A stretch of 64,000 nucleotides of DNA from Amoebidium appalachense. Taxonomy: Eukaryota > Protista > Ichthyosporea. The stretch lies in NCBI GenBank assembly GCA_963693365.1, contig CAVNZM010000016.1, positions 1,743,538 to 1,807,537 on the forward strand, in the 5' to 3' direction. The notes below the pieces were generated by a model. That model saw only the letters and a list, made by a program, of their open reading frames with translations. It made no database searches and had not been told where the DNA came from. The translations under genes and the position numbers were made by a program. Of this stretch, positions 27,562 to 39,669 are shown piece by piece; within the stretch, counting starts at the first letter, position 1; the number at the start of each line of letters is the position of its first letter.

Positions 27562-28249
27562 CCTCTCCCCCCCCCCTCTCTCTCTCCCCCCCCCCCCCCC
27601 CCCCTCTCTCTCCCCCCCCCCCCCCCCCCGCGAGGCCCCCCCCCCCTCCACTCTCTCCACACACCCCTCTCTCCCCCGACCTCATGATCTACCGCCCCCA
27701 CAGGTCCCCGCACCGACCCAACACACAGACCCGGCCGCCCCCCGGAAGGGCGAGGAGAGAGGGCCCGCCGAACCACCACAAGGGAGACCGACGCGCAGGG
27801 CGGGACGGCCCAACCACCCCACACTGCGAGCGCCGGGGGGAGAGGACGCAGACCCACACCCGCCGACGAGGCCTGCGGGAAGGAGGGAGACGACAGAAGA
27901 AGAACACACCAGTGCCCACACAACACAACACACGCACACAACACAAATACACAACACACACAAACAAATGGTGCAACCATGCAGGCCATCAAGACATGTC
28001 ACACACCTCTCCCGGCATCGACTGCACCACGCACAACCACTGCCGAACCTCTGCGAGACCGCCGGACCGGCAGGCACGATGACTCCGCAGGGAGAAAACA
28101 GCGCGGGCACAAACAAAGCAGGAGGGTGTGTAAAGCACGGTTTTATTTGTGGAAATTATTGACATAAATATTTTTCTGGGTAAACACGTAGGATGGGTGT
28201 TCGATACCAACATAACCATGTAGGCTTCATTTCGTGTTTTAGCAGTTAG

Positions 28250-28352
28250 CGGTTGGCTGCCCGCACACGGGCACCTATTAGCCAGTCAAAATATTTCACA
28301 TATCACTAGATCGATTTTTGATTGGCTCAGATCGGTAGGCTTAGGTATATAA
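28250..28352 (+). promoter_or_regulatory. Putative Pol II promoter in Ngaro repeat A (reverse CCAAT box, TATATAA)
   Basis: attgg at 28321 and tatataa at ~28346, about 120 nt upstream of the gag ATG. Function is inferred. Confidence 0.5.
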
Positions 28353-28469
28353 GCACGACAGTTTTTAGCAGATCAGCAAGCTACAAACACATCTTCTGTG
28401 TTTAGCATCCACAGCCTTACAGCTATATATTCCTTTTCATTCTCCCTATCTTTCCCTACGCCGGTCAGC

Positions 28470-29639
28470 ATGCCGCCGAAAAAGCGCCAGGCCTCAGCAG
28501 CCGCCCCTGCCGCGGCACCTAAGCGCCTGACCCGCAGCGACCTCCGCCACAGGCTGACCAACGCTCCCGCGGACACTGACGCGCCTCCAGCGGCCCATAC
28601 CACCACGGACCCGGACCCGCCGGCTACTCTCCCCTCCACTCCTGAAGTCCCCCCTCAGGCCCCGCCGTCCCCGCAGATGACTTCTCAAGACGCCGTCCTG
28701 GCCGCCCTCACCGCCATCAGCACCCAGATGGCTGGCGTCCTGGCTGCTCTCACCAACCGCGACCCTCCCGCGCCCCCCGCCGCGCCCTCCACACCCGGGG
28801 AGGTTTCCCCGGGGCTGCATCTCGGCCCTGACCTAGACCTACCTGCCCTGCCCGCGCCCCCCATCACAGGTGAGAACACTGGCGACATTCAGCCGGGCAC
28901 ACTCCCGCTTCCCCCCGCGGATGTGCTGGCAGATTTGCGCGCCAATCGTTTCGTCGACCTGTATAAGTTCACCCCCGCCGCCCTCCTGGCCCCATCCAAG
29001 AAAGGTCAGCATCTGCGCATGGCCGACGACGGCAGCATCGAGACTTTTCGCCAAGACAAACCCGTTCCCCTGCGTTCACTCGTCATTTGGATCCAAGCTT
29101 GGACCCATTACATGGCCGCCAAGCACCACCTCGGCCTCCCCACGGACAAAGACGTACTTTGGACTCAGCACATCACTCGCCTCAGCACCCGATACCCGTG
29201 GGCCCAGATCCACAACTATGACGTATACGCCCGCACCGTTGCCCACCAGCAGGGTCGGGCTCCGATCGAGTGTCCCAACCTGCTCGCCCAACTCCACCAG
29301 GATCTCCTCCTGCCACCCACTCTGCTCATCCCGGACGCATGTCAGCGCTGTGGCTTCCCCGACCACCCCAGCGCGGCCTGCCCCATGTACCCCAAGCCCG
29401 GCTGTGGTCTTGACGGCTTTAAGCCGCCCCACAAGCCCGGCGGGGGTCAAACCCCTAACCGCCCTGGCCCGCAACCCGGCCCGGCAAAACCGGCCCGACC
29501 CGTGGATCTACCCGCGACGCACTGCAGGAATTTCCACATTAACGGTCGGTCCTGCGCTAAGCAGCCCTGCCCCTTCTCCCACGTGTGCCCGCTCTGCTCT
29601 GGCACACACCCCCGCAAAGACTGCAAGCACAATGCCTAG
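28470..29639 (+). CDS. Ngaro ORF1 gag-like zinc-finger protein, copy B
   Basis: Same protein as copy A, with CCHC and CCCH fingers. Confidence 0.88.
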   Translation: MPPKKRQASAAAPAAAPKRLTRSDLRHRLTNAPADTDAPPAAHTTTDPDPPATLPSTPEVPPQAPPSPQMTSQDAVLAALTAISTQMAGVLAALTNRDPPAPPAAPSTPGEVSPGLHLGPDLDLPALPAPPITGENTGDIQPGTLPLPPADVLADLRANRFVDLYKFTPAALLAPSKKGQHLRMADDGSIETFRQDKPVPLRSLVIWIQAWTHYMAAKHHLGLPTDKDVLWTQHITRLSTRYPWAQIHNYDVYARTVAHQQGRAPIECPNLLAQLHQDLLLPPTLLIPDACQRCGFPDHPSAACPMYPKPGCGLDGFKPPHKPGGGQTPNRPGPQPGPAKPARPVDLPATHCRNFHINGRSCAKQPCPFSHVCPLCSGTHPRKDCKHNA

Positions 29640-29918
29640 TCTACGCGCACACCCACACACACAGCTCTAGAACATAGGGGTTAGGAGCTAGGACACACGA
29701 GTACAGGGAAACGGAGCTCGGGAGAACGGGCCAATAGGGCTGAGTACAAAATTTCGCAGGCCAACTACGGCGCCCGCGCGCGTCAAGAATAAATGTCCCT
29801 ACACAAAGACGTTTATTCTGGCCACTGCACATAATTTTACTCCCCCCCCCATCCCACGAGCCTCCCCCCCCCCCTTACACTCACCTAGCACTCCCTCCCC
29901 CCCCCTTCTTCTACCTCT

Positions 29919-30033
29919 GTGTCCGCCCACACCCCCGCGTGCTCGGGCACATTCCCCTGCACCGGGCCCCGCTGCCCTCCCTGCCAACCCTCACTTGGGC
30001 CCAGCTGCCCTACTCTAACCCCCCGGGGCCCTG

Positions 30034-30069
<36 letters not shown>

Positions 30070-31752
30070 CTGCCGGGATCTCCCCAAGGGTACACCACCC
30101 TTGCTAACCACCCCTTCCCCCGAGGCTCAGACCCGGAGGCCCGCCCGCTGCCCCAGCACCACATTGACACCTCCCGCCTCCGGGAACTGCTGGCCTCCTA
30201 CCCGGACCAACCATTTGCCGCACAACTCCTCCACGATGTCGAATTCGGCGTCGACATCGGCTATCGCGGCCCCTCCACCTCTCGGGTGGGCCCCAACCTA
30301 CCCTCCACCCCGGAGGCAGCTGCCGCTATCACGGTGGATATTGCCAAAGAAGTCGCCCTCGGCCACCTGCGCGGCCCCCTCTCCCCGGCCCAATTCTTTG
30401 ACGAATTTCCGGTCCACCGTTCTTCCCCCATCGGCGCCGTTACCAAGAAAGGGAACCCCCCCAAGTACCGTCGAATCCACCACCTCTCCTGGCCCCGGGG
30501 TAGCAGTGTCAATGACAGCATCACCTACCCCGACGAACTTCAGTACATTCGCGCCCGGGATGTCACCCAACTCATTCTCGACGCAGGCCCCGGCTGCTAC
30601 ATGGCCGTGGCAGATGTGCAGGCTGCCTTCCGGCACATGCCCATCCGACCGGAAGACCACCACTTAATGGCATTAAAATGGCAAGGGCATTTTTACGTTG
30701 AAACCAGACTGCCTTTCGGCCTGAAATCTAGCCCAGCCATCTGGGAACGGATCGCGGCCACCCTACAGTGGCTGGCACACCAGCACGGTATTACCCTCAT
30801 CCGCCACTACGTAGACGACTGGATTATAGTCGCCCCCACACAAGAGCAGTGCCAACGTCACCTATCCACCTTCCTGCAACTCTGCCGAGAGCTGCACATT
30901 GCCATCTCCGAAGACAAGATGCAGGGCCCGGCTACCCGTGTCGTCTTCATCGGTATCGAATTCGACTCCATCACCATGGAGGCACGAATCCCGGCTTCCA
31001 AGCTCTCGGACCTACTCGACCTCACTTCCCACCCAAAGCCCACCATCACCATTCGGGACCTCCAGTCCCTCCTCGGCAAACTCACCTGGTGTGCCCAGCT
31101 GGTTCCCCCCGGGAGGGCCTTCTCCCAGCGCCTATGGGCCCTTCTCCGGACCCACCCACACCTTGCCGGCCACCACCACATACGACTGACTGCTGCCGCC
31201 CGGGCCGACATAGCCGAATGGCACCAGTTCCTGACATCATGGAATGGGGTGCACCTCATCACACCCCCCACATACACCACCCTGGCCACTGATGCTGCCG
31301 GATCGGTGGGTCTAGGAGGCCACTGGCTCGACCAATGGTTCTTCATGCCCTGGTCCCCCTCCACCCAAGCCCTCTATGCTCATGAGGGTAAACTCGGTTC
31401 TTCCGTCATCGAACTCCTGGCCATCGCAGCCGCCGTGGCCCTCTGGGCCCCCTCCTGGTCCACCCACCATGTCCGTATTTTATGCGACAACACGGGTGCT
31501 GTGTCTGACCTGCACTCCCGGTCTTCCCCCCACCCCGTGATGGCCAAACTTATTCGGTTCATCACCCGCATGGAAATGCAATACCAATTTACGTTACAGG
31601 CATCCTACCTACCAGGACCCCTCAACCATCTGGCCGATGCCATTTCTCGTAACCAACTTCCCCGGGCCCGACGACTCCGACCTTCCCTGCAACCGGAGCC
31701 CTGCCCCTTCCCCTCCTGGGTCCACGAGTTCCTATCCCTTCCCTTGGGCTAA
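29919..31752 (+). CDS. Ngaro RT-RNase H, copy B (frame change in the poly-C at ~30037-30068; start uncertain)
   Basis: LPFGLKSSP, YVDD, TDAAG, CDN and ADAISR. Confidence 0.92.
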
Positions 31753-31803
31753 CCCCCCCCCCCCCCCCCCCCAGATCTCCCGTTCCGGAGCAACACTGGC
31801 AGA

Positions 31804-32835
31804 TTGGCTCCCCACTTTGCTCCGGCCGAGCTGCTTCGAGCCACCACTACCCTGCAAGAATGCCAGGCCCTGAGTCTCAACCTCGACTCTCGGGCCTTTT
31901 ACTCCCGGGTGCAAAAAGTGTTCATCGATTTCTGTGTGGCATCTCGGCTGCAATCCTCCTCCGGGTCCTCCCTCCCGGCCTCCCCACACACCGTGCAACT
32001 TTTTCTCGCTTGGTGTGCCCAACGAGGGGTACAGGCCTCTTCCTTAACCGGCTACAATTCGGCCATCACCAGGCTCCACCTCGACATGGGCCTCCCTGCT
32101 CCCTACCCCCACGACAAGTCTCTGGCCTGGTTCCTACAGGGGGTGGGCCGATGGCAGCTTTCTCACAACATCCGACCCCGCTCATCCACCAGGGAACCCC
32201 TCCTCCCCTCCCACCTCCGCCTACTCCATGGCCAGTGCCCCACCAAGGCCTCCTCGGCCAATCTCCGGCTATGGACGGCCCTCATCGTCGGTTTCTGTGG
32301 TCTCCTCCGTTCAGGGGAATTTACCTCCAAGACCCTGACTTCTTTCGACCCGTCCCGTCACGTTAAACGGAAGGACGTGACCTTCAGCTACACCCCCACC
32401 GGTACTTTGTCCCATGCCACCCTCCACCTGCCAACCTCTAAGACGGATGTACAGGCCCGAGGTGTCAACGTCACCCTAGCTGCCCTGCCCCTCACCCACT
32501 TCTCCCCAGCCCATCTCCTCCGGCAGTTCCTGGATACAACGTCCGGTCAACCCGACGACCCCCTCTTCAGTCTCGGTGGCATCCCCTACACCAAGAGTGC
32601 TTGCTCTGCCGATTTCCGTGCCCTCCTCTCCCGGGCAGGCCTCTCACCCTCCCGGTTTGCCGGACACAGCCTCCGCATCGGGGGGGCCACAGCACTGGCT
32701 GAGGCCGGGGTCGACGACTCCCGGATCAAACAACTCGGCAGGTGGTCCTCCGACTGCTTCCTGATCTATACCCGACTTCGTCCGGCCTCCATTGCTGCCA
32801 CCACCACACGTGTATTCGCCTCTATTCTTAAGTGA
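31804..32835 (+). CDS. Tyrosine recombinase, copy B, intact catalytic set, no proximal ATG
   Basis: R (LLRSGEF), K (SKTD), HxxR (GHSLRIGGAT), W (GRWSS) and Y (FLIY). Confidence 0.95.
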   Translation: MAPHFAPAELLRATTTLQECQALSLNLDSRAFYSRVQKVFIDFCVASRLQSSSGSSLPASPHTVQLFLAWCAQRGVQASSLTGYNSAITRLHLDMGLPAPYPHDKSLAWFLQGVGRWQLSHNIRPRSSTREPLLPSHLRLLHGQCPTKASSANLRLWTALIVGFCGLLRSGEFTSKTLTSFDPSRHVKRKDVTFSYTPTGTLSHATLHLPTSKTDVQARGVNVTLAALPLTHFSPAHLLRQFLDTTSGQPDDPLFSLGGIPYTKSACSADFRALLSRAGLSPSRFAGHSLRIGGATALAEAGVDDSRIKQLGRWSSDCFLIYTRLRPASIAATTTRVFASILK

Positions 32836-33846
32836 AACCTTTGGAGCAAGCATACTGCTCTCGTGCCGTGGTTTACAACCATTGCAGGTTCACTTTCGTC
32901 CAAGGGAATGTCCCCCTAGAGGCAACACACGTCCCGGAGTAGTTTTCATAGAGGTTTTATTTGTGGAAATTATTGACATAAATATTTTTCTGGGTAAACA
33001 CGTAGGATGGGTGTTCGATACCAACATAACCATGTAGGCTTCATTTTCGTGTTTTAGCAGTTAGCGGTTGGCTGCCCGCACACGGGCACCTATTAGCCAG
33101 TCAAAACATCAGATACCACAGATCACTAGACCGAGTTATGATTGGCTCGGATCAGATTTCACATATCACTAGATCGATTTTTGATTGGCTCAGATCGGTA
33201 GGCTTAGGTATATAAGCACGACAGTTTTTAGCAGATCAGCAAGCTACAAACACATCTTCTGTGTTTAGCATCCACAGCCTTACAGCTATATATTCCTTTT
33301 CACCCACCCACCTACACCCACACACAACCCCCATTGATCCACACATACGTGCTGTTTTTTTCACGGGGCGAAGACTTCCCCCGTTTTTTGGGCACATGGA
33401 CCTCACGGATCAATAAATTGATGACTGGGGGCTTGCCGTGGTTTACAACCATTGCAGGTTCACTTTCGTCCAAGGGGATGTCCCCCTAGAGGCAACACAC
33501 GTCCCGGAGTAGTTTTCATAGATCCTGTATTTGTTGATGGAGGGGGATGACGGCGCGACATGCAGATGCCGACTCGAAGAAGGTAAGCTACATACAAAGT
33601 ATACGTAAAATACCAACACTCCATAAACTTTACTACACAAATGATAAACGAACGAAAAAAAAAAGTTAATTATGCAGATCCCATTTTCGACACAGTACCC
33701 CACCCACCCACCCCAGCCCAAAAAATCAACCAAAAAAAAACCCTCCCCCCCCCCCCCCCCCCCGCCCAACCCAAAGGAAGACGCCCCCCCCCCCCCCGGA
33801 TTGTGTGGTTATTTTTTGCTCAGTTTTTCACTTATTCTAGAAGATT

Positions 33847-33877
<31 letters not shown>

Positions 33878-36800
33878 CTTTTTTTTTTTTTTTTTCCGCT
33901 TCTTCCGTTGATTTTACGTACGAATTTAGCTCGCGCCAGTATTTTTCGTAAAATTATATATTCACCAATCTTCTCGTTTTATTTTCCAAATATAGTACTT
34001 ACATTCTTTCTCATTCCTTTCCCACGAGTAGCTTTTATTTTCCAACTATTAGGAATAATTTATTTAGACGTGTTATGATAAGAAATGTATAAATGTATGT
34101 TATGAATTATTAGTTACATAAGTGGTTTATTTTGTTAAATGTTTCCGTGTTTTATTAGAAGTTTCTTTCATTAGAGGATTGGGTTTTATATTCTATGTGT
34201 CGACAGACATTTTAATCGATATATTTTACACTCATAGTTTTCGTTCTTTTGATTGGTTTATCGTTTCACATTCCCAAGTATAAAAGGGACCTCATCTTGA
34301 AATAAATCATAAGCAGTCGTATTCATTTCCTATGGTTCCAGAAATCGTTCCTCCTCTCCGGTTGTGTTTTTCCCGTGTGTCTCTGTGTTGTGTATATCAT
34401 AACACCCATCTGTGCTCTCTGCTTCTCCGTTTACCCACACAAAGTAACAGGTTTACGGCCCCTTTGCACGCTAACACACAATCTCGTTACAACCGCGAAA
34501 TTCCTCAGTCTAACTGCTTCAATCATGACTGACAAACCGTCGTATATCAACCTTCCAATATGGAATCCGTCCGAGAAACGAGACGAGAAACGTCTTAATT
34601 ATTTCGAGTGGGAGCCACTCATTCACCGGTTCATTAGAACAACCATTGCCGAGAAATTCGTTGACACTATCAAGAGGCCACAGTGGGTTGACGGCGCTGA
34701 AGCCAACCAGTGGCTAGGCTATACCACCAAGGACTCCTACAAGAAAGCTTCCGACGTCCTCGACCAGATCCTCAACCAGTCCGTCCACCCGACCGAGCTC
34801 TACGACTCCGGCCGGATGCAAGACGGTGTCCACGGTGGTGAAGTCTTCCACAACCTACGTATGGCGTATGTAGCAGAGAAGGAGGCCCGAGTCACCCAGA
34901 TCCAAGTCACCTTCGAGGAGCTTGAACTACGAGACTACCCCAACGTCACAGCATACCTCACCCGTCTCCAACGTCTGGCTACGACACTTGCCTGCCTCGA
35001 CGAGCCCGTCCAACACAAGGATGTCGTACGTAAGTTCTTCCTTCACCTCAGGAAGAATACGGCCCTGGTCTGCTCCGACATTGAACGTCTCTGCTCCGAC
35101 TACTGGATGAACAACAAGGCCTACCCGTCCTTCAACCAGCTCATCAGTGACATCCGAGGAGCTGAAATCCGTGCCGGCCTCATCGACGCAGGCACAGGTG
35201 CAACCGTCAACAACCGTCCCCTCCGTGCACTCCAGAGCAGAGTGCTTCCCCCCGGTGACCTCCGTAACCGTATTCCTCGACGTGAGCATACACCTCACCG
35301 ATCCCCGTCCCGTTCCCGTGATCCTCGTCCTTCCTCCAAGTCACCCGGCCCCCGTTCAACATCCCCTTACCACCGTGGTAACAGGGACAACCGTAACCGA
35401 CAGCACAACACCAAGAAGGTGGAGTGTTCCTACTGCCATGAGCCCCACCACATCACAGCATGCCCGGAGCCTGGCTGTACTGTTGCTCGTCGTGCCAAGC
35501 AGGAGAAAGGCGACAAAAGTGTGAAATTTGCACTCATCTCCTCCACCGGCACACCTGACAGTAACGACCCCGTCTGGGACAGTGCTTGTAATGCACACAT
35601 CTGCCCCATCAAGGAGTATTTCTCCTCCCTTACCCCGTGTCCTCCCACCCCCATTCACGGCCTCGGCACAGTCAATGCCAAACAACGTGGCATCATCAAC
35701 ATGACACTGAACTACAACGGCCACCCAACACCGTGCAGCATCAATGCTTACTACGTACCCGAGTCACCGTCTTTCCTCGTGTCTACCTCCATGGCCTCAG
35801 CTGCCGGCCTCCTAGGTCATTGTGACGATACAGACAACCACCCGTCGTTCCTCTACAGCCGTAATGGTGACATCATTTCAGATCTCACCCCCCTCGACGG
35901 TCTCTACTACATCACTGACTATGTGATTGAGACTCCTAAACACCCGGGGGTCCAAGCCTACACAGCAAGGACTCAACCACCCGCCGACCTCATCCTTTGG
36001 CACAACCGTCTCGGCCACCGTGCCCTCTCCACCGTCACCAGGATGGCCAAGGATGAGCTTGTCATCGGCATGCCCCCCTCCCTCAAGTCACCCGACAACA
36101 GTGACTGCTTCGGCTGCATGTCTGGCAAGACCACCAAGGCCCCCTTTCCCGGCACCCGTTCCAAGTTCACCATTCCCGGTGCTAAGTGGCACCTGGACTT
36201 CTTCGAAGCTCCCTGTGCTTCCTACGGAGGCTACAAGGTTACTCTGGTGTGTGTTTGTGATGCCACCGGTTACACCACCGTGTTCCCCCTCTACAACCGT
36301 GGTGAAACCCTCAGCCACATTCAGTCTCTCGTTGAAACCATCGAACGTCAGACACCTGAGATCGTCACCCATCTTCGGTTTGACTCCGGCTCTGAGTTCA
36401 CCTCCAAGGACACCGAGGCCTACTGCAAGCAGAAAGGCATCATCATGGAGTTTGCCCCCGTCAACACACCACAACACAACGGTGTTGTTGAACGGAAGAT
36501 GAGAGAACTGCAAGAGACAGTCCGTTGCTTCCTCCATGCCGACAAGGACCAACCTCTCTCTCCCAAGTTGTGGGTTGCTGCTCTCAAGCATGCTGGCTAC
36601 ATCATCAACATCACACCGTCATCTGCTGCCAACGGCAACACTCCCTTCGAGGCCTTCCACGGCTTCAAACCCGACGTCTCCCAGCTCCACGTGTTCGGCT
36701 CCCCTGCCTATGTGCATGTTCCCCGGTCAAAGAGGAACAAGCTGGCATCAACCGTCAGAGTCGGCACATACGTCGGCTGGGACCTACCCTCCAAGGCACA

Positions 36801-37889
36801 CAAGATCCTTGACCGTGCCAGCAACCAAATCAAGATCTGCCGTGATGTGATCTTCGACGAGTCAAAATTCACGAGCAGCACCAATCAGGTCCCCGTTCCC
36901 CCCAAACCCGATCTGCCGACATTGGACCCCCCCTCCGACGACCACGATGAAACTCCGTCTGTGGTCATCTCCCAACCGTCCTGGCACAACCAACCAGCCC
37001 CGGTTGAACCCGTGCCTCCCCCGAGCCCCCCCCCCCACTGGCCAACAACCCTTGCTGCCGGCCCCCCCCGTTGCTGTGCATCAACCCGGCTACATGACTC
37101 CGGTTCGTCCTGGGTCCCCCACCTTCCACTCGGCCTCGAGCAGCCCTGTGGACACCGATGCCCCCCTCAGTGTCACCACCGGTCCTATTCCTGGCTTCCA
37201 TGCCCCTGTCCCGGCCTCCACCACCTACCCGGCCACCACCCCCCTCAAGGACCCCCGCAAGCCCAACCTTCGTCGGTCTACACGTCTCACCAAGACTCCA
37301 ACGGCACTGGTCAGCATCATAGCACCGACCATCAACATTGACCAGCTCCCCAAGGGCATTCAAAAGCTTTGCAACGGTCCCCACGGTGATGCCGTCATAG
37401 CTGCCCTCACCTCCGAGTACCAAGCCTTCATCACCAAGGATGTCTTCACCATTGTTGATCCCCCCCCTGGTGCCAACATCATCAAGTTCAAGTGGATTGT
37501 GACTGAGAAAGTCCTCAACTCAGCCGGTGACACCAAGATCAAGGCTCGTGGTGTTGCAAAGGGCTTCACTCAAGTCTACGGTGTTGACTATGGTGACACC
37601 TCTTCCCCCGTGGTGATGTCCTCCTCCGTCCGTGCCCTCCTTGCCATCGGTGTGGACGGCAACCATGAGATTCACCAACTCGACGTCTCAACTGCCTTCC
37701 TCAACAGTCCTCTTCAAGAAGACATCTACATTGAGCCACCACCTGGCTTCATCACCCCCGGCAACGAGCACAAGGTCTGGAAACTTAAGAAGGCACTCTA
37801 CGGCCTCAAGCAAGCTTCACTGGCCTGGTATGAGTACTTCGACAAGGTCCTCCTTGCTCACGGTCTTGAACGTCTCCGTTCAGATCCAT

Positions 37890-39669
37890 GTGTCTACATC
37901 AAGACCTTCCCCAACGGTGACATCATCCTCACTGGCAACTATGTGGACGACGTCATCATCATCTGCACGGCCAACTCTTCCCACACCAAGGATCTAGTAG
38001 ACCACATCATGAAGTCAGCTCTCTGCAAGGTTGACCTTCCCGACATCTTCCTTGGCACCCAGCTCATCCACACCCCCGGTCACCTCAAGCTGCTTCAACA
38101 ATCCTATATCAACGACATCGTCAGAGACTTCAACCTCAACGATGCTCACCCCAAGGCTACTCCCATTCCCGTCGGCACCTTGTTGGAAGTAGAGTCTGCT
38201 GTGACTAGGGTCGTCGTGGCGCGCTTGGGCGCTGACCCGTTTTTTTACTGCTTTCAGTGTGTTAACTTCTCCATGACTGCACTCCATGACTGAACTCCAT
38301 GACTGAACTCCATGACTGAACTCCATGACTGAACTCCATGACTGAACTCCATGTCTGCACCTGGCAGAGACGTGGCTTATATACCCGTGGGGCAGCAGTC
38401 TGGAATGTAATCCGGATGCCAGGTGCTAATCGGATTGGTTACTTTCATTTAGAGATCTCTGGGACCAGTGAACCAATCGTTTGCAGTCAAAACACAATTG
38501 GCAACATTCCTCAACTATGCAGATGTGCATGTGGTGATCGAGTGTCAGCGTGTGTCTGTGTACACGGAACCAATTGTAAAGCTAACATACACATATTGTG
38601 GAGTGAGCGTAAGTCTGCACTCCAACACCCCTACCCAATTGGAGAAGTGTACACACCACTGTAGAGAAGAGAGAGTGAGTGTGGCTGCTTGCAGGGTAGA
38701 CCGGGGTGTGCATTCCACTGTGGTGCGTGCCCCGCCAATGAAGTGGAATACTTGACGTTGATGTCGCAGGCTGCTGCGGATGGAGTTTGTGGAAGCGAAA
38801 GTCTCTACTTCACGGAAATACGCTCGCGGGTGTAGGGTACAGCCTAGAAGTCGGTTTCTGGCTCCTCCGTTCAAGGCGTCGTAGGGGACGTGAAGTTAGA
38901 GGCCGCGGTGTCGTGTCTGGGCCCATAACCCTGTTGGAAGTAGAGTCTGCTGTGACTAGGGTCGTCGTGGCGCGCTTGGGCGCTGACCCGTTTTTTTTAC
39001 TGCTTTCAGTGTGTTAACTTCTCCATGACTGCACTCCATGACTGAACTCCATGACTGAACTCCATGACTGAACTCCATGACTGAACTCCATGACTGAACT
39101 CCATGTCTGCACCTGGCAGAGACGTGGCTTATATACCCGTGGGGCAGCAGTCTGGAATGTAATCCGGATGCCAGGTGCTAATCGGATTGGTTACTTTCAT
39201 TTAGAGATCTCTGGGACCAGTGAACCAATCGTTTGCAGTCAAAACACAATTGGCAACATTCCTCAACTATGCAGATGTGCATGTGGTGATCGAGTGTCAG
39301 CGTGTGTCTGTGTACACGGAACCAATTGTAAAGCTAACATACACATATTGTGGAGTGAGCGTAAGTCTGCACTCCAACAGTGTCTACATCAAGACCTTCC
39401 CCAACGGTGACATCATCCTCACTGGCAACTATGTGGACGACGTCATCATCATCTGCACGGCCAACTCTTCCCACACCAAGGATCTAGTAGACCACATCAT
39501 GAAGTCAGCTCTCTGCAAGGTTGACCTTCCCGACATCTTCCTTGGCACCCAGCTCATCCACACCCCCGGTCACCTCAAGCTGCTTCAACAATCCTATATC
39601 AACGACATCGTCAGAGACTTCAACCTCAACGATGCTCACCCCAAGGCTACTCCCATTCCCGTCGGCACC
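37890..39669 (+). repeat. 290-bp direct duplication of Copia RT sequence flanking the TRIM (37890-38179 and 39380-39669)
   Basis: gtgtctacatcaagacc...gtcggcacc is present on both sides. Confidence 0.93.
38181..39379 (-). mobile_element. TRIM-like non-autonomous LTR element, ~1.2 kb, antisense to the host Copia
   Basis: LTRs 38181-38627 and 38932-39379 (tgttgga...tccaaca) appear to differ only by one T in a run. The internal region is 304 bp and non-coding. Minus-strand PBS is GGTTATGGGCCCAG and PPT is gggtagggg. A 13-bp tandem ctccatgactgaa lies within the LTRs. Confidence 0.92.

Larger units (their letters stand above)
28139..33522 (+). mobile_element. Ngaro-type tyrosine-recombinase retrotransposon, copy B, apparently full length
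   Basis: A1 28139-28439, B1 32864-32952, A2 32953-33302, unique spacer 33303-33433, B2 33434-33522. ORF order is gag, RT/RH, YR. Confidence 0.95.
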
